Shown in pieces: positions 37,084 through 41,459 of a stretch of DNA of 41,459 nucleotides. The stretch covers positions 1 to 41,459 of the forward strand of contig CAVCPY010000274.1 in the NCBI GenBank assembly GCA_963604245.1, in the 5' to 3' direction. Position 1 is the first letter of the stretch, and every line of letters starts with the position of its first letter. The DNA comes from Eggerthellaceae bacterium (GTDB lineage: Bacteria > Bacteroidota > Bacteroidia > Bacteroidales > UBA932). The position numbers and the translations under genes are program-made. A model generated the notes under the pieces. That model was not told where the DNA came from. It did not search any database and worked only from the letters and a program-made list of their open reading frames with translations.

Positions 37084-39804
37084 CTATTTGCTCTGCTCGA
37101 TGGCGGCCTGTGCGGCGGACAGACGCGCGATAGGCACACGGAATGGTGAGCAGGAAACGTAGTCAACTCCTATCTTGTTGAAGAAGCGGATTGACGCAGG
37201 GTCTCCACCGTGTTCTCCGCAGACACCGCACTTGAGGTCAGGCCTCTTTGAGCGGCCGGCCTGGATGCCGAACTCGACGAGTTTACCGACACTCTTGGTG
37301 TCGATGGTCTGGAACGGATCCGCGTCGAGAATCTTGTTGCCAAGATATTCACCCATAAAGGTGCCGACGTCATCGCGGGAGAATCCGAAGGTCATCTGCG
37401 TGAGGTCGTTGGTGCCGAATGAGAAGAATTCCGCGGCGCGGGCCATCCTGTCGGCGGTCAGAGCGGCGCGTGGGATCTCGATCATCGTTCCGAAATTGTA
37501 GAGGATGAACTGGCGTGTTGTGCCTTCAACCTCGGCCTTCACCTTGTCGCAGATGGCTCTCTGGAAGCTGAGCTCGCGTGCGGAGATCGTCACAGGAATC
37601 ATAATTTCAGGGTGAGGGTTGAAGCCTTCCTGCTGAAGTTCGGCGGTGGCCGTGAAGATGGCTCTGTACTGGGTCTCCGCGATGAGAGGGTAGGACATAT
37701 GCAGACGCACACCTCTGTGACCCATCATAGGGTTGACCTCGTGAAGGGCCTCGCCGCGCTTTTCGATGTCCTCAACCGTGACTCCGAGCTCATTGGCGAT
37801 TTCCTTCTCCTTTTCTTCTGTCTTTGGGACGAATTCGTGGAGAGGTGGGTCAAGAAGACGGAACACCACCGGTTTGCCGTCCATTATTTTCATTGTACTC
37901 TTCGCAGAGGCCTTGATGTAAGGCTCCAGCTCGGCGAGAGCGGCCTTTCTCTCCGCGTCGGTGTTGCAGAGGATCATCTTGCGAAGTTTGGCCAGCGGCT
38001 GCTCGGAGTTGACTCCGTAGAACATATGCTCGATACGGAACAGTCCGATACCTTCGGCTCCGAAACTCAGGGCCTTCTGCGCATCCTCAGGAGTGTCGGC
38101 GTTGGTTCTGACACCGATCTTGCGGAACTTGTCAACGATTGACATAAACTTGATGAACAGAGGGTTCTCGGATGCGTCCATAGTGTCGATCTTCTCTCCA
38201 TAGACGAATCCCTTTGTGCCGTTGAGGCTTATCCAGTCCCCCTCCTTGAATGTGACATCGCCGAAGGAGGCGGTCTTGGCCTCGAAGTCGATCTTCATAG
38301 CCTCGCAGCCCACGATGCAGCATTTGCCCCATCCGCGTGCCACAAGTGCGGCGTGGGATGTCATACCTCCGCGGGTGGTAAGGATTCCGTTGGCGGCGCG
38401 CATACCCTCGATGTCCTCAGGAGAGGTCTCCTCACGGATGAGGATGGCCTTCTTGCCGTTGGCGTTGGCAGCCATTGCGGCCTCGGATGTGAAGACAATC
38501 TGGCCAACGGCTCCGCCCGGAGACGCCGGAAGACCGATCGCAAGCACCTTTGACTTCTTCTCGGAAGCAGGGTTCAGAATCGGGTGAAGAAGTTCGTCAA
38601 GCTGTGCCGGGGAAACCCTCATCACGGCTGTCTTCTCATCGATCATCTTCTCGTCAACCATATCCATAGCCATCTGCAGGGCGGCCAGACCGGTCCTCTT
38701 GCCGATGCGGCACTGGAGCATCCAGAGATGTCCCTCCTGAATGGTGAACTCGATGTCCTGCATATCGTGGAAATGCTGCTCAAGCCTCAGGCGTATCCCG
38801 TCAAGTTCCTTGTAAACCTCCGGCATGGCGGTCTCAAGGGACTGGAGATCCTTGTTCTTTTCTGTCTTTGTTGCCTCGTTGAGAGGGTTCGGGGTGCGGA
38901 TTCCGGCCACCACGTCCTCTCCCTGGGCATTGATCAGCCATTCCCCGTAGAACTTGTTGTCTCCGGTGGCAGGATTGCGCGAGAATGCCACGCCGGTGGC
39001 CGAGGTGTCTCCCATATTGCCGAACACCATCGACTGGACATTTACGGCTGTCCCCCAGTCATCAGGAATCTTCTCGATTCTTCTGTAGGCGATGGCCCTC
39101 TTTCCGTTCCAAGACTTGAACACTCCGCCGATCGAACCCCAAAGCTGGTCCTCGGCGGTGTCCGGGAAGTCCACTCCAAGGACTTCCTTTACCTTGGCCT
39201 TGAACTTCACGCAAAGCTCCTGAAGCTCCTCGGCGGTGATTTCGGTGTCGGACTTGTAGCCATTCTTCTCCTTGAGGTTCATCATCATCCTGTCAAGCTG
39301 CTGGCGGATTCCCTGACCGTCGGCCGGCTCGATGCCCTCGGCCTTTTCCATCACGACATCAGAGTACATCATTATGAGACGTCTGTAAGCGTCATAGACG
39401 AACCTTGGATTGCCGGTCTTTTGGATCATCCCCGGAATGGTGGCGGAGCAAAGACCGATGTTGAGGATGGTGTCCATCATACCTGGCATTGAACTTCTCG
39501 CGCCGGAACGGCAGCTTACGAGAAGCGGGTCGGACGGATCTCCGAATTTTTTGCCCATAATGGTCTCGGTGGCCTTCAAGGCCTCGGCGACCTCTTTCTT
39601 GAGTTCTTCAGTATAGCCTCCGCCGAGTGAATAATATTCGGCGCAGCATTCGGTTGTGATTGTGAATCCGGCAGGTACCGGCATACCGAGCCTGCTCATC
39701 TCGGCCAGATTCGCTCCCTTTCCTCCAAGGAGCTCACGCATTCGTCCATCGCCTTCGGCTGTCTTGCCGCCGAAACGATAGACTCTTTTCTTTTTGTCGA
39801 ACAT
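37084..39804 (-). CDS. ppdK: Pyruvate, phosphate dikinase
   Basis: LLGGKGANLAEM, SMPGMMDTILNIG, NAQGEDVVAGIRTP, phospho-His motif GGMTSHAALVARG, FGTNDLTQMTFGFSRDD, GVCGEHGGDP. Start MFDKKK at 39804. Confidence 0.98.
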   Translation of the reverse strand: MFDKKKRVYRFGGKTAEGDGRMRELLGGKGANLAEMSRLGMPVPAGFTITTECCAEYYSLGGGYTEELKKEVAEALKATETIMGKKFGDPSDPLLVSCRSGARSSMPGMMDTILNIGLCSATIPGMIQKTGNPRFVYDAYRRLIMMYSDVVMEKAEGIEPADGQGIRQQLDRMMMNLKEKNGYKSDTEITAEELQELCVKFKAKVKEVLGVDFPDTAEDQLWGSIGGVFKSWNGKRAIAYRRIEKIPDDWGTAVNVQSMVFGNMGDTSATGVAFSRNPATGDNKFYGEWLINAQGEDVVAGIRTPNPLNEATKTEKNKDLQSLETAMPEVYKELDGIRLRLEQHFHDMQDIEFTIQEGHLWMLQCRIGKRTGLAALQMAMDMVDEKMIDEKTAVMRVSPAQLDELLHPILNPASEKKSKVLAIGLPASPGGAVGQIVFTSEAAMAANANGKKAILIREETSPEDIEGMRAANGILTTRGGMTSHAALVARGWGKCCIVGCEAMKIDFEAKTASFGDVTFKEGDWISLNGTKGFVYGEKIDTMDASENPLFIKFMSIVDKFRKIGVRTNADTPEDAQKALSFGAEGIGLFRIEHMFYGVNSEQPLAKLRKMILCNTDAERKAALAELEPYIKASAKSTMKIMDGKPVVFRLLDPPLHEFVPKTEEKEKEIANELGVTVEDIEKRGEALHEVNPMMGHRGVRLHMSYPLIAETQYRAIFTATAELQQEGFNPHPEIMIPVTISARELSFQRAICDKVKAEVEGTTRQFILYNFGTMIEIPRAALTADRMARAAEFFSFGTNDLTQMTFGFSRDDVGTFMGEYLGNKILDADPFQTIDTKSVGKLVEFGIQAGRSKRPDLKCGVCGEHGGDPASIRFFNKIGVDYVSCSPFRVPIARLSAAQAAIEQSK

Positions 39805-39846
39805 ATTATAAATATTTGTTTTATAGACCTTCTCAAATACAGCCTG

Positions 39847-39854
39847 CAAAATTA
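39847..39854 (-). promoter_or_regulatory. -7 promoter box for ppdK
   Basis: CAAAATTA on +, which reads TAATTTTG on -, 42 nt upstream of the ATG. Confidence 0.6.
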
Positions 39855-39877
39855 CGAAAAAACTTTGGTTCTACCAA

Positions 39878-41251
39878 TCACAATAGTTTTGACGCTATGT
39901 CGGAGAGCTCGCTCCTCTCGCCGATTCTCAGGAATATATGTTCGAAAAGTTTCTGCCCGTCCATCTTCTCGTTCAGATGGGACAGTCCGTTGGACCATTG
40001 GTCCAGATAAGGCTGGTCAATCTGGAATATGTCGCCGGTGAACACCATCTTTGTCCCTTCTCCCGCCCGTGTGATGATGGTTTTGACCTCGTTCGGCGTG
40101 AGATTCTGTGCCTCATCGCAGATCAGGAACACCCGTCCGAGACTTCTGCCTCTGATGTAGGCCAGAGGAGAGATCATCAGCTTCTCTTCCTTGAGCATAG
40201 CCTCGATCCGCAACGCCTCCTTGCTGGAAGGACGGAACTGGGACTTGATGACATTCAGATTGTCCATCAGCGGCTGGATGAACGGACTCATTTTGGTCTT
40301 CAGGTCTCCCGGAATGAACCCGATGTCCTGATTGCCAAGCACTATCGTAGGCCTTGTGAGGATGATCTGGTCGAAGTCCCCGGCCTGTTCCAGAGCGGCG
40401 GCCAATGCCAGAAGGGTCTTCCCTGTGCCGGCTCCACCGGTCATCGAGACCAGCTGGACGGCCGGATTCAGGCAGGCCTCAAGAGCGAACCTCTGCTCGT
40501 CGTTGCGGGGGCGTATTCCGTAGGCCTGTCTGTTCTTGACCAGCACGATTTTCCCTTTCCCCTCATCGAAGCGCGCGCAAAGGGTGCTGTCCCCGTTCCT
40601 GATCTTGTAGAGCTGGTTGGACTTGGGCTTTGCCTTTCCGACCATCCTCCAGTCCACGGAAGTGTCAGGGCTGTAGGCCAGTTGCCTTATGGCCTCCGGG
40701 CTGGCTCCGTCAAGGTACTGAACCTCCTTGTTGGAGTTTTCGATCCTGGCCTCCTCGATTCTGTCGGTCAGGTAGTCCTGCACCTCCATCCCGGCGGCCT
40801 TCGCCTTCATCCTGAGGTTGATGTCCTTGGTGACAAGCGCCACGAACCTGTCCGGGTTGTTGTCTCTGGTCCAGATTGCAGTCGCAAGGATCCTATGGTC
40901 GGGAATGTCATCGTAGAACATCCCTTTCATACTCTCCGGAAAAGTATGACCGGGGTCTATCCTGATGTTGCCCAGCCCCTTGCCGATAGGCACACCGTCC
41001 TTCCCGAAGGACTTCCCGTCGGTGATCCGGTCGATGTCCCTGAGGAATCCTCTGGCATTGAAGGCCAGATTGTCGTTGCCTTTCTTGAACTTGTCGAGTT
41101 CTTCGATGACCGCGATCGGAATGACCAGATCGTTGTCCTGGAACTTTCGGATGGCCTTGTGGTCGTGCAGGATGATGTTCGTGTCAAGAACAAAGATTTT
41201 GGGCTTCCTGCCGCCCTCTCCGCCCTGCGGAGCGTCTGCGTGTCTTGCCAT
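39878..41251 (-). CDS. PIN domain-PhoH family ATPase fusion (PhoH2/YlaK-like)
   Basis: PIN motifs FVLDTNIILHD, VIEELDKFK, DHRIL, LVTKDINLRMKA. Walker A GGAGTGKT, PLAYIRGRS, DEAQNLT, ITRAGEGTKMVFTGDIFQID. Confidence 0.93.
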   Translation of the reverse strand: MARHADAPQGGEGGRKPKIFVLDTNIILHDHKAIRKFQDNDLVIPIAVIEELDKFKKGNDNLAFNARGFLRDIDRITDGKSFGKDGVPIGKGLGNIRIDPGHTFPESMKGMFYDDIPDHRILATAIWTRDNNPDRFVALVTKDINLRMKAKAAGMEVQDYLTDRIEEARIENSNKEVQYLDGASPEAIRQLAYSPDTSVDWRMVGKAKPKSNQLYKIRNGDSTLCARFDEGKGKIVLVKNRQAYGIRPRNDEQRFALEACLNPAVQLVSMTGGAGTGKTLLALAAALEQAGDFDQIILTRPTIVLGNQDIGFIPGDLKTKMSPFIQPLMDNLNVIKSQFRPSSKEALRIEAMLKEEKLMISPLAYIRGRSLGRVFLICDEAQNLTPNEVKTIITRAGEGTKMVFTGDIFQIDQPYLDQWSNGLSHLNEKMDGQKLFEHIFLRIGERSELSDIASKLL

Positions 41252-41348
41252 ATTTGGTATTAATTATTCAACTTTCGCAAGTAACAAAGTTCCTGTGACA
41301 AAGTGCCTTATCTCACGTTCGGAGTGCATCGGGGGAGAATGCTCAGTC

Positions 41349-41459
41349 CACGTTACCCCCTCCCTAAATCCCTCCCCTCGGGGGAGGGAGTGTGCTCCGC
41401 ACATCCCTCAGGGCCTTTCACGTTACCCCCTCCCTAAATCCCTCCCCTCGGGGGAGGGA
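41349..41459. repeat. Two tandem 41-bp REP-like repeats (period 70 bp), running off the window end
   Basis: cacgttaccccctccctaaatccctcccctcgggggaggga at 41349-41389 and 41419-41459, identical, with a 29-bp spacer. Confidence 0.9.

Noticed and set aside
41349..41459. CRISPR array (41-bp repeat, 29-bp spacer, palindromic)
   Set aside because: Only two full copies are visible, with no cas genes or leader. The repeat is low-complexity, and the 'spacer' start resembles the sequence after the copy at 1-26, so it is part of a larger repeat unit. Truncation at the window edge prevents complete exclusion.
1..41459. Circular plasmid or phage suggested by the terminal 26-bp identity
   Set aside because: No replication, integrase, mobilisation or phage genes. 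The content is chromosomal (ppdK, yicC, PhoH family).

Overview
This looks like a chromosomal segment from a Bacteroidales (Bacteroidota) bacterium, judged from SusC/SusD pairs, TAnnTTTG promoter boxes and lipoprotein signals. The left half (145-21707, + strand) is a 12-gene beta-mannan/glucomannan polysaccharide utilisation locus (PUL). In order it encodes an AraC regulator, GH5 mannanase, SusC, SusD, two IPT/TIG surface glycan-binding lipoproteins, BACON-GH5, GH26, GH130 mannosyl-glucose phosphorylase, a sugar symporter, GH94 phosphorylase and GH2. It lacks the mannobiose/cellobiose 2-epimerase that normally partners this GH130, and it has no alpha-galactosidase. A convergent 5-gene operon (21737-31083, - strand) couples a RagA/RagB-type SusC/SusD pair to two paralogous fimbrial-tip-like lipoproteins, with no CAZyme or regulator. 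The right part holds yicC, a GH92-GH125 alpha-mannosidase pair, a DMT transporter, ppdK and a PIN-PhoH gene. Non-coding highlights are a 163-bp TAA-flanked MITE-like element inside the PUL with solo copies of its end at three other gene junctions, and a palindrome/mirror repeat (hairpin, triplex or G-quadruplex potential) at both window ends. All family calls are from motif recognition by eye; no searches were run.
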